From NCBI GenBank assembly GCA_964394925.1, contig CAYMZG010000006.1, positions 16,256 to 80,255 on the forward strand: a stretch of 64,000 nt of DNA. Reading direction: 5' to 3'. Position numbers and translations under genes: made by a program. Below are positions 50,721-59,949 of the stretch, piece by piece; the stretch's first letter is position 1; every line of letters starts with the position of its first letter. This stretch comes from an uncultured Candidatus Saccharibacteria bacterium. Its GTDB lineage: Bacteria; Patescibacteriota; Saccharimonadia; Saccharimonadales; CAYLGV01. The notes under the pieces are model-generated. The model was not told the DNA's origin and did no database searches. It saw nothing but the letters and a program-made list of their open reading frames with translations.

Positions 50721-51692
50721 ATGAAAATAACAGATATAAATATCCAGCCACTAGCCCAAGAGCAAGAGGCTTGGGCACGTACGTGGGCTAAAAAGTCACC
50801 ATTGCATATATCAACTGGTGAGTTACGAGCCTTGATTGGTGTACTGTTTCTCGGTTCTGTAGTGGCGTTGTATATCGTGGCGGGTCCACTCGGTGCAGTC
50901 ATTGGTTCAATAGTTGTCGCCGGTACGATATCGGCACTGATTCACCGACTCAATACTAAAAAACGTGCCTGGCAGAACTTCGCCAAAGTAAATGGTTGGG
51001 AGTATCTTTCAGGGGCAGCCAAAGATGACACAAACACCTATTTCCCAACGGTAATACCTGGCAACCCGATCTTGGATTACTACGAGTACGTGGTTCGTGG
51101 TGCTATTGAAGATCTTGATTGCATGTTTATGTCAGACGGTCTGACGTGCATGATCATCACCGTTAGGCTACCGTCAGTCATGCCGCACCTTCTATTAAAG
51201 AGTTTGCGATCAAGTACGATGTTTGACAACCGAGATACAATCGAGGGCGAAGCGTTAGAAGGTGAGTTTAGTAAGCATTTTACGTTGTATCATCACAAGA
51301 ATGATCAAGTAAATGCCCTGAGTGTTATAACGCCAGATGTCATGCAAGTATTGTTGAATAATAATCAAGATCAGCATGTAGAAATAATTGACGACAAGCT
51401 CTTCCTAGTGACTCCATACTCTGGAAATGTGAACTTAGCTAATTACACTGCGGCCACGATTCTGTTAGCTAAAGAAATTGTTCATCGAGCTAATGCACTT
51501 CAGCAGGTGGCTCAGTCGGCTGGCAGTCATGCCGAAGTTCTGTATCAGAAGAGTTGGGATGAATACGATACCTATACTAAGAATCACACGGGCACGAGGG
51601 GAGTCTGGCGTTTCTATGTTATGTTTGCATTATGTTGCGTACTCATTGTCGTGGTCACTCTGCTACTAGCACGTATATTCCCGAATAAATAA
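50721..51692 (+). CDS. Membrane protein, DUF3137-like
   Basis: Two N-terminal TM helices, FAKVNGWEY, LEGEFSKHFTLYH...LSVITPDVMQVL, and a C-terminal TM helix. The family assignment is from memory of the DUF3137 pattern. Confidence 0.7.
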   Translation: MKITDINIQPLAQEQEAWARTWAKKSPLHISTGELRALIGVLFLGSVVALYIVAGPLGAVIGSIVVAGTISALIHRLNTKKRAWQNFAKVNGWEYLSGAAKDDTNTYFPTVIPGNPILDYYEYVVRGAIEDLDCMFMSDGLTCMIITVRLPSVMPHLLLKSLRSSTMFDNRDTIEGEALEGEFSKHFTLYHHKNDQVNALSVITPDVMQVLLNNNQDQHVEIIDDKLFLVTPYSGNVNLANYTAATILLAKEIVHRANALQQVAQSAGSHAEVLYQKSWDEYDTYTKNHTGTRGVWRFYVMFALCCVLIVVVTLLLARIFPNK

Positions 51693-51718
51693 GCGGCTTG
51701 TGACTTCTCCAAAGCTGC

Positions 51719-51724
51719 TACAAT
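51719..51724 (+). promoter_or_regulatory. -10 box (TACAAT) 8 nt upstream of ATG 51733; leaderless-type arrangement
   Basis: Sequence gcTACAATagaaacctATG. Confidence 0.4.
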
Positions 51725-51732
51725 AGAAACCT

Positions 51733-52515
51733 ATGGGAAATTACTGGAGGGAACGAAGCCAGCCGTACAAACCTGGCCAACAAACACCTTTTAAAGTGTC
51801 GCGCAGCAAGATTGAGTTATTTATGCAGTGTCCACGTTGTTTCTGGCTCGACGTGCGCCTTAAGATTACCCGGCCATCAGGTCCACCATTTAACATCAAT
51901 AAAGCCATTGATGAGCTGTTTAAAAAAGAGTTCGACGTGCATCGTGCCGCTGGTACACCGCACCCGATTATGGCCGATAATCAGGTAAAAGCAGTGCCGT
52001 ATCAACATGAGTCACTCGACGAGTGGCGCCATAATTTTACTGGTGTAACCACGCTGCATAAGCCAACCAACTTACATGTCTTTGGAGCGATTGATGACGT
52101 ATGGGTGAACGATGACGGTGAGCTGATCGTAGTCGACTACAAAGCCACCTCCAAAGACAAAGAAGTCGACATAAACAGCGAGTGGCAGATTAGCTATAAG
52201 CGGCAGATGGAAACCTATCAGTGGCTACTGCGCCAAAATGGTTTTACAGTCAGTGATACGGGTTACTTTGTGTACACTAACGCTCGCATGGATCTCGATG
52301 GTTTTAATGATCATCTCGAGTTTCGTACTAAACTTATCCCATACTCGGGCAATGACGCATGGGTTGAGCCAACCCTTAAAAAAATGAAAGAAACCATGGA
52401 AGGCGACATGCCAGCAGTCGGTGTTGCCGCCATGGGTGGCGAGTGCGATTTTTGTGCGTATGCCCGCAGTCGAACCGAATTAACACTAAAAGCCCTGCAT
52501 ACGAGAAAGGCCTAG
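51733..52515 (+). CDS. PD-(D/E)XK nuclease family protein, Cas4-like, with CxxC...CxxC metal/Fe-S ligands
   Basis: N-terminal CPRCFWL, a core reading GAIDDVWVNDDGELIVVDYKATSK (D...D/E-x-K), QMETYQWLL, and C-terminal GGECDFCAY. Confidence 0.75.
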   Translation: MGNYWRERSQPYKPGQQTPFKVSRSKIELFMQCPRCFWLDVRLKITRPSGPPFNINKAIDELFKKEFDVHRAAGTPHPIMADNQVKAVPYQHESLDEWRHNFTGVTTLHKPTNLHVFGAIDDVWVNDDGELIVVDYKATSKDKEVDINSEWQISYKRQMETYQWLLRQNGFTVSDTGYFVYTNARMDLDGFNDHLEFRTKLIPYSGNDAWVEPTLKKMKETMEGDMPAVGVAAMGGECDFCAYARSRTELTLKALHTRKA

Positions 52516-52517
52516 TA

Positions 52518-53114
52518 TTGAAAGTTGTTATTTTTGATGCGGATGGTGTATTAACATTGCCCGAGGAAGTATTTAGCATTGTGTATGCCCGTTCCCGTGG
52601 CATAGACGTGCAGCCTTTTAGAGATTTTTTTCGGCTTGAATGGCAGTCGATCGTCACCGGCAAGGAGGATCTAAAAGAACACGTCACTAGTCATCCAGAG
52701 TTATGGCAGTGGGAGGGTAGTCCTGAAGAGCTGCTAGACTTTTGGTTCAAAACCGAAGATGTGCGAAACGGTGCACTATTAGCAATTATAAGTGAGCTGA
52801 AAGAAAAGGGATTCGAGTGCTATATCGCAACCGATCAAGAAAAACATCGAGCCTATTATATGAAAACAATCATGTTTAAAGACTTGTTTACAGACTATTT
52901 TGTGTCGGCTGAACTTGGTGTTACTAAAACCGATCCAAAGTTTTTTGAACTTATGTTGAAGCAATTGCAAAATAGTCACCCCGATTTGAAGCCAATCGAT
53001 GTTATCTTTTTTGATGACAGCCTGCCTAAAGTGAACACAGCTCAATCAGTTGGTATTGATGCGAGACTATTCATGAATAACGACCAGGTACGTGAGTTAC
53101 TCAACAGTAAATAA
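52518..53114 (+). CDS. HAD-superfamily hydrolase
   Basis: A TTG start 2 nt after the upstream stop is preceded by GAAAGG and gives MKVVIFDADGVLT (DxDG motif I). FFDDS is the motif IV region. The longer track ORF from 52443 would overlap the nuclease gene by 73 nt. Confidence 0.8.
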   Translation: MKVVIFDADGVLTLPEEVFSIVYARSRGIDVQPFRDFFRLEWQSIVTGKEDLKEHVTSHPELWQWEGSPEELLDFWFKTEDVRNGALLAIISELKEKGFECYIATDQEKHRAYYMKTIMFKDLFTDYFVSAELGVTKTDPKFFELMLKQLQNSHPDLKPIDVIFFDDSLPKVNTAQSVGIDARLFMNNDQVRELLNSK

Positions 53115-53157
53115 TATGCCCGACTCAGTTACATAGCCTAAGTAGTGACAGGTAAGT

Positions 53158-53163
53158 TATAAT
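53158..53163 (+). promoter_or_regulatory. -10 box (TATAAT) 6 nt upstream of serS ATG; leaderless-type arrangement
   Basis: Sequence agtTATAATagaagtATG, with no SD. Confidence 0.5.
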
Positions 53164-53169
53164 AGAAGT

Positions 53170-54465
53170 ATGTTAGATATTCAGTTCATCAGAGAAAATC
53201 CCGAGCTCGTACAAACCAAAAGTAGGCAAAAAGGCTACGACGTATCTATTGCTGACTTGCTCAAGCTCGACGAAGAGCGACGCACGCTGCTTGGTAAAAT
53301 CGAAGCCTTGCGCGCCGAACGCAACCAAATCGCCGAATCATTGAAGGGTGGCAACCCCTCGAAAGAGCAGATTGAGCGTGGTCGCGAAGTAAAGCAGCAG
53401 GTGGCCGAAGCCGAGGCGTTGCTCGAGCCGATCGAAAGTAGTTACATTGCCTTACTAAAAACAATTCCCAATATGCCACTAGATAGTGTGCCCGTAGGTG
53501 ACACGGAAGACGATAATGTTGTTGCAAAACTAGTCGGAGAACCAACTACTTTTGATTTTAAGATCAAGAATCATGCAGAGATTGCCGAGGCAAAAGGCTG
53601 GCTAGATAAAGAACGTGCTACCAAGATAGCCGGTGCCCGATTCGTGTACTTAAAGGGTGACCTCGTTCGTTTAGAAATGGCTCTGTGGCAGTTCGGCATG
53701 GATATTCTTAGCAATTCCGAAATCTTACAAAAGATAATTGATGACAACAAACTCAAAGTAAGTGCCAAACCTTTTACTCCAGTCATCCCGCCTGCAGTTG
53801 CCAAGAAAGAAGTTTTTGAGGCCACAGGAAGACTTAATAAGGAAGAACAAACCTATAAGTTTGAAGACGATGATCTTTGGATGAACGCGAGTGCCGAGCA
53901 CACTATAGCGCCAATGTATTTAGATGAGATACTGCCTGAAGATGAGCTACCAATTCGATTTGTTGGTTATACAACCGCGTTTAGGCGTGAGGCAGGGACA
54001 TACGGCAAAGACACCGAGGGTTTCTTCCGCCTCCATCAGTTTAACAAGTTAGAGATGGAAAGTTTTACGACCGCCGAAACATCGCTGGATGAACATCTCT
54101 TCCAAGTAGCTATCCAAGAATATGTCATGCAACAACTTGGCTTACCATATCGAGTACTCGAAAAGTGCACCGCTGATATTGGCAGACCTAACGCCAAGGG
54201 GGTTGATATTGAGGCATGGCTTCCTGGACAGAATACCTACCGTGAAACACATACGGCTGACCATATTGGTGATTATCAAACACGAGCCATGAAAACGCGC
54301 GTAAGGCGAAATGATGGTTCTGTTGAGCTAGCTCAAACTAACGATGCAACTGTTTTCTCTGAGCGCCCAATGATTGCGATCATCGAGAATTACCAGGATT
54401 CCGACGGTAACGTTCGTGTCCCAGATGTATTAAAGCCATATCTTGGCGGAAGGGAGGTCTTATGA
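53170..54465 (+). CDS. serS: Seryl-tRNA synthetase
   Basis: N-terminal coiled-coil arm (MLDIQFIRENPELV...) and class II core (TAFRREAGTYGKDTEGFFRLHQFNKLE). Confidence 0.95.
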   Translation: MLDIQFIRENPELVQTKSRQKGYDVSIADLLKLDEERRTLLGKIEALRAERNQIAESLKGGNPSKEQIERGREVKQQVAEAEALLEPIESSYIALLKTIPNMPLDSVPVGDTEDDNVVAKLVGEPTTFDFKIKNHAEIAEAKGWLDKERATKIAGARFVYLKGDLVRLEMALWQFGMDILSNSEILQKIIDDNKLKVSAKPFTPVIPPAVAKKEVFEATGRLNKEEQTYKFEDDDLWMNASAEHTIAPMYLDEILPEDELPIRFVGYTTAFRREAGTYGKDTEGFFRLHQFNKLEMESFTTAETSLDEHLFQVAIQEYVMQQLGLPYRVLEKCTADIGRPNAKGVDIEAWLPGQNTYRETHTADHIGDYQTRAMKTRVRRNDGSVELAQTNDATVFSERPMIAIIENYQDSDGNVRVPDVLKPYLGGREVL

Positions 54466-54827
54466 TCAGCAAACTAGAAGTCAATGGAGTACACCTTTAT
54501 CTTGACCCCAAACTAAAGGCCTACGTTACAAAAAAGATCGGTAAACTCGATCGTTACATGTCGCGCCAAGTGCGTGAATCTGCCCATGCCGAAGTCTTTC
54601 TGAAAGAACGCAGTCTGAAGGGCAAAAAAGAATGCCAGTGTGAAGTAGTCATGCATCTTCCGCAAGAAACCATTGCCATTAAAGAGGCAACCGTAAATAT
54701 GTTTGCAGCCGTCGACATTGTTGAAGTTAAGCTCAAAAATCAGCTGAAAAAGTACAAAGACCTACATAGCAACCGCGGCCTGAAGCGCCACATTCTGAAG
54801 CGCTTCAAACATGATCCCGCTCGATAG
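54462..54827 (+). CDS. hpf: Ribosome hibernation promoting factor / RaiA family (short form)
   Basis: The 121-aa product reads L.VNGVHLYLDPKLKAYVTKKIGKLDRY, the typical sigma54-modulation/S30AE pattern. An ATGA overlap links it to serS. Confidence 0.8.
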   Translation: MISKLEVNGVHLYLDPKLKAYVTKKIGKLDRYMSRQVRESAHAEVFLKERSLKGKKECQCEVVMHLPQETIAIKEATVNMFAAVDIVEVKLKNQLKKYKDLHSNRGLKRHILKRFKHDPAR

Positions 54828-54855
54828 CATTCCTTAGTAGCTCAATATGCCTATG

Positions 54856-54878
54856 CTTGCAATCTGAAGCGTTGCAAG
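54856..54878 (+). other. Hairpin between hpf and the next ORF (weak terminator or regulatory stem)
   Basis: The stem is cttgcaa (54856-54862) paired with ttgcaag (54872-54878), with a 9-nt loop and no U-tract. It ends 4 nt before ATG 54883. Confidence 0.3.
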
Positions 54879-54882
54879 TATC

Positions 54883-55215
54883 ATGAGAGGTATGAGTGAG
54901 GCTTACCCCTTGGCAGAACCAGTTGCGCAGGCATCAAAAACCTTTGCATTGCTTGGATCATTGATGATGGCAGAAGTGCCAGCATTAACTCCAGGTGGAA
55001 TTTTTGAGGGTATGCCTGTTGAGGTAGTTGAAGCGATTTCCACACAGGTACGAAATTGGTGTTTAGAAGGTGATGATAAAGACCAATGGATGTCAGTCTG
55101 GTTGGCGCAGTATGAACTTGGTGATTTTATTAGAAAATGTTCATCAGAACCACCATTATATGAAATTACCGCACAGGGCGAAGAAGCGTACTTCACGTGG
55201 CTTGCTTCAGAATAA
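54883..55215 (+). CDS. Hypothetical protein (110 aa)
   Basis: ORF in the gap between hpf and secA, co-oriented with both. No recognisable motif and weak translation signals. Confidence 0.4.
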   Translation: MRGMSEAYPLAEPVAQASKTFALLGSLMMAEVPALTPGGIFEGMPVEVVEAISTQVRNWCLEGDDKDQWMSVWLAQYELGDFIRKCSSEPPLYEITAQGEEAYFTWLASE

Positions 55216-55251
55216 CCTTGGTATGATGGCGAAATGTCGCTAATTTTACGT

Positions 55252-55280
55252 AGGACAAACGACCTCTGATAGGGTATAAT
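55252..55280 (+). promoter_or_regulatory. Candidate secA promoter
   Basis: AGGACA (55252-55257), a 17-nt spacer, then TATAAT (55275-55280). The 49-nt leader carries GAGAGG upstream of GTG 55330. Confidence 0.45.
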
Positions 55281-55329
55281 TTCACCATATTGTCGTACAG
55301 GCAGAAAATCTACAGAGAGGATGAAGTAG

Positions 55330-57930
55330 GTGAACAAGGTTTTTAAACGTGTTTTAGGGGATCCACAAGCAAAAACATTGCGTCGTATGCGCCGTCGCGT
55401 TCGTGACATTAATGAACTCGAAGCCAAATACAAAAAAATGAACGACAAAAAACTACAGGAGCAGACCGACAAACTAAAAGACCGATTAAAGAAAGAAACG
55501 CTCGACAAAATCTTGCCGGACGCCTTTGCGGTGGTGCGTGAGGGTGCACGTCGCACGCTTGGGCAGCGCCACTTCGACGTACAGTTGATCGGTGGCATGG
55601 TACTGCACGAGGGTAAAGTTGCCGAAATGAAGACTGGTGAAGGTAAAACCTTGGTAGCCACGGCGCCTGTGTATTTGAATGCGCTCACAGGCAAGGGTGT
55701 GCACGTGGTGACGGTTAACGACTATCTGGCACAGCGTGACGCTGGTTGGATGGGTCAAGTCTACGATTTTCTGGGGCTTACAACTGCGGTTATCATCGCC
55801 GACGAGTCGTTCATTTTTGACAAGAATTTTAAAAACAAAAATCATGCTGATCCTCGCATGCAAAAACTCAAGCCATGTACGCGCCAAGAGGCTTATGCTG
55901 CCGATATTACGTATGGCACCAACAATGAATTTGGTTTTGACTATTTGCGCGACAACATGGTTCGTGAAGTTGATCAGCTACGTCAGCGTGAACTGCACTA
56001 CGCAATTGTCGACGAAGTTGACTCTATTCTCATCGACGAAGCTCGTACGCCGCTTATTATTAGTGCGCCCAGCGTAACGAGCGGTACGGCCTATGCACAG
56101 TTTTCAAAAGTCGTGCGCCAACTCAACAAAGAAGATCACTACGAAGTCGATGAAAAGCGCAAAGCCGCCACGCTCACCGATGAAGGCATTAAGAAAGTCG
56201 AGAAGATTCTTGGTATTGATCACCTGTACTCAACTGATAATATTCGTACTATTTATCACCTCGACCAAGCCCTGAAGGCGCAGGCCTTATTCCACCGAGA
56301 CAAAGATTACGTGGTAACCAAAGACGGCGAAGTGGTGATTGTTGACGACTTCACGGGTCGTTTGCTGAAGGGTCGTCGCTATAACGAAGGTTTGCACCAG
56401 GCGATTGAGGCCAAAGAGGGTGTAGAAGTACAGGAAGAGTCCATGACACTGGCTACCATTTCATTCCAAAACTACTTCCGTTTGTATGAAAAACTAGCTG
56501 GTATGACCGGTACGGCCGAGACCGAAGAAGAGGAATTTCACCAGGTGTATAAGCTCGATGTCGTCGTGATCCCATCGAATCGCCCGGTAGCTCGTGATGA
56601 TCGCCCAGACCGTATTTATCGCACAGAGGGTGGCAAGTTTAAAGCCATTGCCCGTGAAGTTGCGGCGTTACACCACAAGGGTCAGCCAGTACTTATCGGT
56701 ACCGTTTCCATCGAAAAGAACGAATCTCTGAGTAATCTGTTGAAGAAAGCCAAGATTCCACACCAGATTTTAAACGCCAAGAACAACGAAAAAGAAGCTG
56801 CCATTGTTGAAAAAGCCGGACAAAAAGGCGCGGTAACACTTGCCACGAACATTGCTGGTCGTGGTACGGACATTGTGCTCGATGACGATGCTAAGAAGGC
56901 TGGCGGTTTGTTCGTGCTTGGTTCGGAGCGTCATGAATCACGTCGTATTGACAACCAGCTACGTGGTCGTTCTGGTCGCCAAGGCGACCCCGGTGTAACC
57001 CAGTTCTTTGTAAGCACCGAAGACGATCTGATGCGTATTTTCGGCGGTGAACGCATTGCTGGTATCATGGATCGCCTCGGTGTAGACGACGAAACACCAA
57101 TCGAGAACCGCGTTATTAGCAAAAGCCTCGAAGGTGCCCAGAAGAAGGTGGAAGGTTTTAACTTTGACACTCGAAAGACAGTGGTGCAGTACGACGACGT
57201 CATGAACCGTCACCGTAAGGCAACCTACATTATGCGTCGCGAAATCCTTATGCAGGCCGACATTAAAAAGCGCATTAAAGCGTTTATCGAAGACGAAGCT
57301 AAGGCTTTGGCAAACTCACCAATGCTCATGTCTGACCAGTTCGAAAACGTTGTGAAAGAGAGTTTCCCATTCGACGACGAAACGCTCGATCGCTTGTTCG
57401 ATGCTGATACCAATGAGTTTGGTAAAGTGTTGTTAACAGAAGCACAAGAACTGTACGAAGGCCGCGAAGCCGCCTTTGGCGAAGACATTATGCGTAAGGT
57501 TGAGCGCGACATCTATCTGCAAATTCTGGATAACTTATGGATGCAACACCTCGAAAGCATGGACCACATGCGCGAGGGGATTCACTGGATCAGCGTTGGT
57601 CAGCGTGACCCGTTGGTTGAGTACCGTCGCCAGGCACAAATTATGTTCGATCAAATGCAACAGACGCTTCGCCACGAAGTCGTTCGCGCGTTATTTAGTG
57701 CCGAGCCAGTCGACGTGGAGCGTGCCGTAGAAACCGAGCTAACCAAAGCCGCTCGAAACTCAGTCGATAATGCCGACAAGATCATCGACGCCGAAGAGTT
57801 TGAAGAGACTGACTTTGTGCCGTTAGCCACGGAGCAGGCAGCTAAAAAGAAGAGTCACGACAAGCTTAAAAAAGCTCGCAAGCAAGAACGTCAACGTAAG
57901 ACTAAAGCCAAGAATCGAAAGCGCAAATAA
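55330..57930 (+). CDS. secA: Preprotein translocase ATPase SecA; C-terminal zinc-finger replaced by a Lys/Arg-rich tail
   Basis: MKTGEGKTLVATAPVYLNAL, DEVDSILIDEARTPLIIS and TNIAGRGTDI match SecA. There is no Cys in the last ~100 residues. The protein ends AAKKKSHDKLKKARKQERQRKTKAKNRKRK. Confidence 0.96.
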   Translation: MNKVFKRVLGDPQAKTLRRMRRRVRDINELEAKYKKMNDKKLQEQTDKLKDRLKKETLDKILPDAFAVVREGARRTLGQRHFDVQLIGGMVLHEGKVAEMKTGEGKTLVATAPVYLNALTGKGVHVVTVNDYLAQRDAGWMGQVYDFLGLTTAVIIADESFIFDKNFKNKNHADPRMQKLKPCTRQEAYAADITYGTNNEFGFDYLRDNMVREVDQLRQRELHYAIVDEVDSILIDEARTPLIISAPSVTSGTAYAQFSKVVRQLNKEDHYEVDEKRKAATLTDEGIKKVEKILGIDHLYSTDNIRTIYHLDQALKAQALFHRDKDYVVTKDGEVVIVDDFTGRLLKGRRYNEGLHQAIEAKEGVEVQEESMTLATISFQNYFRLYEKLAGMTGTAETEEEEFHQVYKLDVVVIPSNRPVARDDRPDRIYRTEGGKFKAIAREVAALHHKGQPVLIGTVSIEKNESLSNLLKKAKIPHQILNAKNNEKEAAIVEKAGQKGAVTLATNIAGRGTDIVLDDDAKKAGGLFVLGSERHESRRIDNQLRGRSGRQGDPGVTQFFVSTEDDLMRIFGGERIAGIMDRLGVDDETPIENRVISKSLEGAQKKVEGFNFDTRKTVVQYDDVMNRHRKATYIMRREILMQADIKKRIKAFIEDEAKALANSPMLMSDQFENVVKESFPFDDETLDRLFDADTNEFGKVLLTEAQELYEGREAAFGEDIMRKVERDIYLQILDNLWMQHLESMDHMREGIHWISVGQRDPLVEYRRQAQIMFDQMQQTLRHEVVRALFSAEPVDVERAVETELTKAARNSVDNADKIIDAEEFEETDFVPLATEQAAKKKSHDKLKKARKQERQRKTKAKNRKRK

Positions 57931-57933
57931 CGT

Positions 57934-59220
57934 ATGAAGCACACCGTCTCTGAGGTAAAACTCAAAAACGGTGCGAAGGGCCTGCTCATACATGTGCCCG
58001 ACGCCACCGTGATGGGCTTTGAAATAAATTTCCGTGCCGGCGATTTTTTGTGTGACCCCGAAAAGTGGGAAACAGCCCATCTTATGGAACATTTGCTGCT
58101 CGGTGCGAATGAGCTGATCCCCAAAGCCCGTGCTTTTCAAGCAGAGTTTGAAAAAAACGGTGCCTATAACAATGCCAGCACCGGCAGCTACGACGTAACG
58201 TACGAAGCCGAGTGCGCGGATTTTGAATGGGAACGCATCACTGAATTACTGCTAACAGCAATCTCTAAGCCACTCTTCTTGGAAGACGAATTCAAAGCCG
58301 AATACGGCAATGTGAAAGAGGAAATGACTGGGCGCTCTAACAATCACTTTAGGCATTTGAGCTTGGCGCTGCGACAAGCCTATGGCTACCACGTGCTAAC
58401 CGACCAAGAGCGCTTAAAGCGCATGAAGAATGTGACCGTGCAAGACCTGCGCGATCACTATGCCAAAACGCACTTTACCAAGAACATGCGCTTTGTGATC
58501 GCCGGCAAAATAACGCCCGCGCGCGAAGCCAAACTCACTGAGTTTTTGGAAACGATCGAACTGCCAAAAGGCGACAAGCGCATTGCTATGCCCAATGAAG
58601 TCCCGGTTGGCTTAAAGGAACCACTCTACATACAAAATCGAACCGTCGAGAACATTCACTTCTATCTCGATACATTCATAAATCGTCGTTTAACAGAAGT
58701 GGAATCAGATGCGCTTGGACTGGTTAATACTATGTTGACCGAAACGTTACACTCCCGTATTTTGGGCGAAGCGCGCGAAAAAGGCTTGGTGTACGGTATG
58801 AGCTCCAACTATCTACAAACCAAATGCGCCAGCAATTGGTGGTTTGGCACACAGGTTTCAGTAGAAAACGCACCGGCGCTGTTTGCCATTATTGCAAAAG
58901 AAATTGCCGCCGTGCGAGCAGGCGACATGACCAATGTTGACATCGCTGCTGCGCAACAATATTTGCTTGGCCGTTTCCAGCGCTCAGGTCAAACCGTTTC
59001 TGGAACAGCCGCAGGCTATAGTGGACGCTACTTCTTCGATGATTACATCGATGACTACTACGCCGTGCCAGCCCGCATCCGTGCTATTACACGCGAACAA
59101 ATCGAAGATATCTCAAATGCTTTCTTTACCAATGCGCAGTGGGGAATTGGCTTCCTTGGTACAGCACCAACAGCCCTGCGTACGCAGCTGACTGAGATCA
59201 TCAAACCCTTGTGGGATTAG
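57934..59220 (+). CDS. M16-family (pitrilysin/insulinase-like) zinc peptidase
   Basis: Inverted zinc motif HLMEHLLL (HxxEH) near the N-terminus. At 428 aa it has the two-lobe size. It starts 4 nt after secA. Confidence 0.82.
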   Translation: MKHTVSEVKLKNGAKGLLIHVPDATVMGFEINFRAGDFLCDPEKWETAHLMEHLLLGANELIPKARAFQAEFEKNGAYNNASTGSYDVTYEAECADFEWERITELLLTAISKPLFLEDEFKAEYGNVKEEMTGRSNNHFRHLSLALRQAYGYHVLTDQERLKRMKNVTVQDLRDHYAKTHFTKNMRFVIAGKITPAREAKLTEFLETIELPKGDKRIAMPNEVPVGLKEPLYIQNRTVENIHFYLDTFINRRLTEVESDALGLVNTMLTETLHSRILGEAREKGLVYGMSSNYLQTKCASNWWFGTQVSVENAPALFAIIAKEIAAVRAGDMTNVDIAAAQQYLLGRFQRSGQTVSGTAAGYSGRYFFDDYIDDYYAVPARIRAITREQIEDISNAFFTNAQWGIGFLGTAPTALRTQLTEIIKPLWD

Positions 59221-59250
59221 AGTTACTAAATCTAAACGATTCGTAAATGC

Positions 59251-59823
59251 CTAAGCAGCTTTTTTGTGCTCATCACGAGCCTCTTGGCGACGCTTGGCAT
59301 AAATACCAGACAGCCTTTGGGCAGCCCTTTCCATGCGCTCTGCTTTAGATCCGGTATATGTTCGAGTTTCGGTCGTACCATCCGGATGAGATATTGTTCG
59401 GGTTGCGTGGCGAATAATTTTTTCTTCGCCATAGCTTGGAGATATAAATCCATCCTTACTCTTAATATATCCGTACTTTCCTTGTGAATGAACAGCAGTG
59501 CTAATTCGTTTCCCGCTCTTAAACTCTTTTTCAGTGGTTTGGCTAAATTCACTAGTACTTACTGGATAATTGGGTTCACTATAATCCATATCATGACGTT
59601 GTTCAGTATAGTGAGTTCCACGGTCGTGCGCATCAACAGAATGATGGCTATTCTCTACTTGGTACGCCAAGTTTTCAGGATGAATATTGTCGTTGCCGAT
59701 CAGTCTGTTCGGTTCAACGTTGCGAACAGAGTAGCTGTTACTTTCATCTATTAAGAATAGGTCATCACCAAGCTGCACGTGTTCTTCGTGAGAATCTGGT
59801 CCAAATTTTACGCTTTGAGTCAT
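59251..59823 (-). CDS. Hydrophilic hypothetical protein (190 aa)
   Basis: Strong SD (AAAGGAG, 8 nt upstream of ATG). The product is charged and His-rich and is probably disordered. No recognisable motif. Confidence 0.65.
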   Translation of the reverse strand: MTQSVKFGPDSHEEHVQLGDDLFLIDESNSYSVRNVEPNRLIGNDNIHPENLAYQVENSHHSVDAHDRGTHYTEQRHDMDYSEPNYPVSTSEFSQTTEKEFKSGKRISTAVHSQGKYGYIKSKDGFISPSYGEEKIIRHATRTISHPDGTTETRTYTGSKAERMERAAQRLSGIYAKRRQEARDEHKKAA

Positions 59824-59936
59824 TATTTATCTCCTTTTCTATATTCAATAATGTACCTATAATAGCATAGTAAGGATTATATGTCAATTCATTGATATTT
59901 TCGTTAATTGTGGGACTGTAATTGTTGGCTGTACGG

Positions 59937-59942
59937 TATAAT
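59937..59942 (+). promoter_or_regulatory. -10 box (TATAAT) 7 nt upstream of prfB ATG 59950; leaderless-type arrangement
   Basis: Sequence acgGTATAATgacaggaATGgaaaac. Confidence 0.5.
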
Positions 59943-59949
59943 GACAGGA

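Noticed and set aside
52443-52517. The longer start for the HAD hydrolase as given in the ORF track (GTG 52443, MRFLCVCPQ...).
   Set aside because: - It would overlap the nuclease gene by 73 nt and add a non-HAD N-terminus.
- TTG 52518, preceded by GAAAGG, yields the canonical MKVVIFDADG motif I right at the N-terminus.
54903-55694. A 263-aa minus-strand ORF spanning the hpf-secA gap and the 5' end of secA.
   Set aside because: - It overlaps the unmistakable SecA N-terminus and its promoter and leader.
- The product is Ser/Arg/Cys-rich with no motif.
- The co-oriented 110-aa plus-strand ORF and secA explain the region better.
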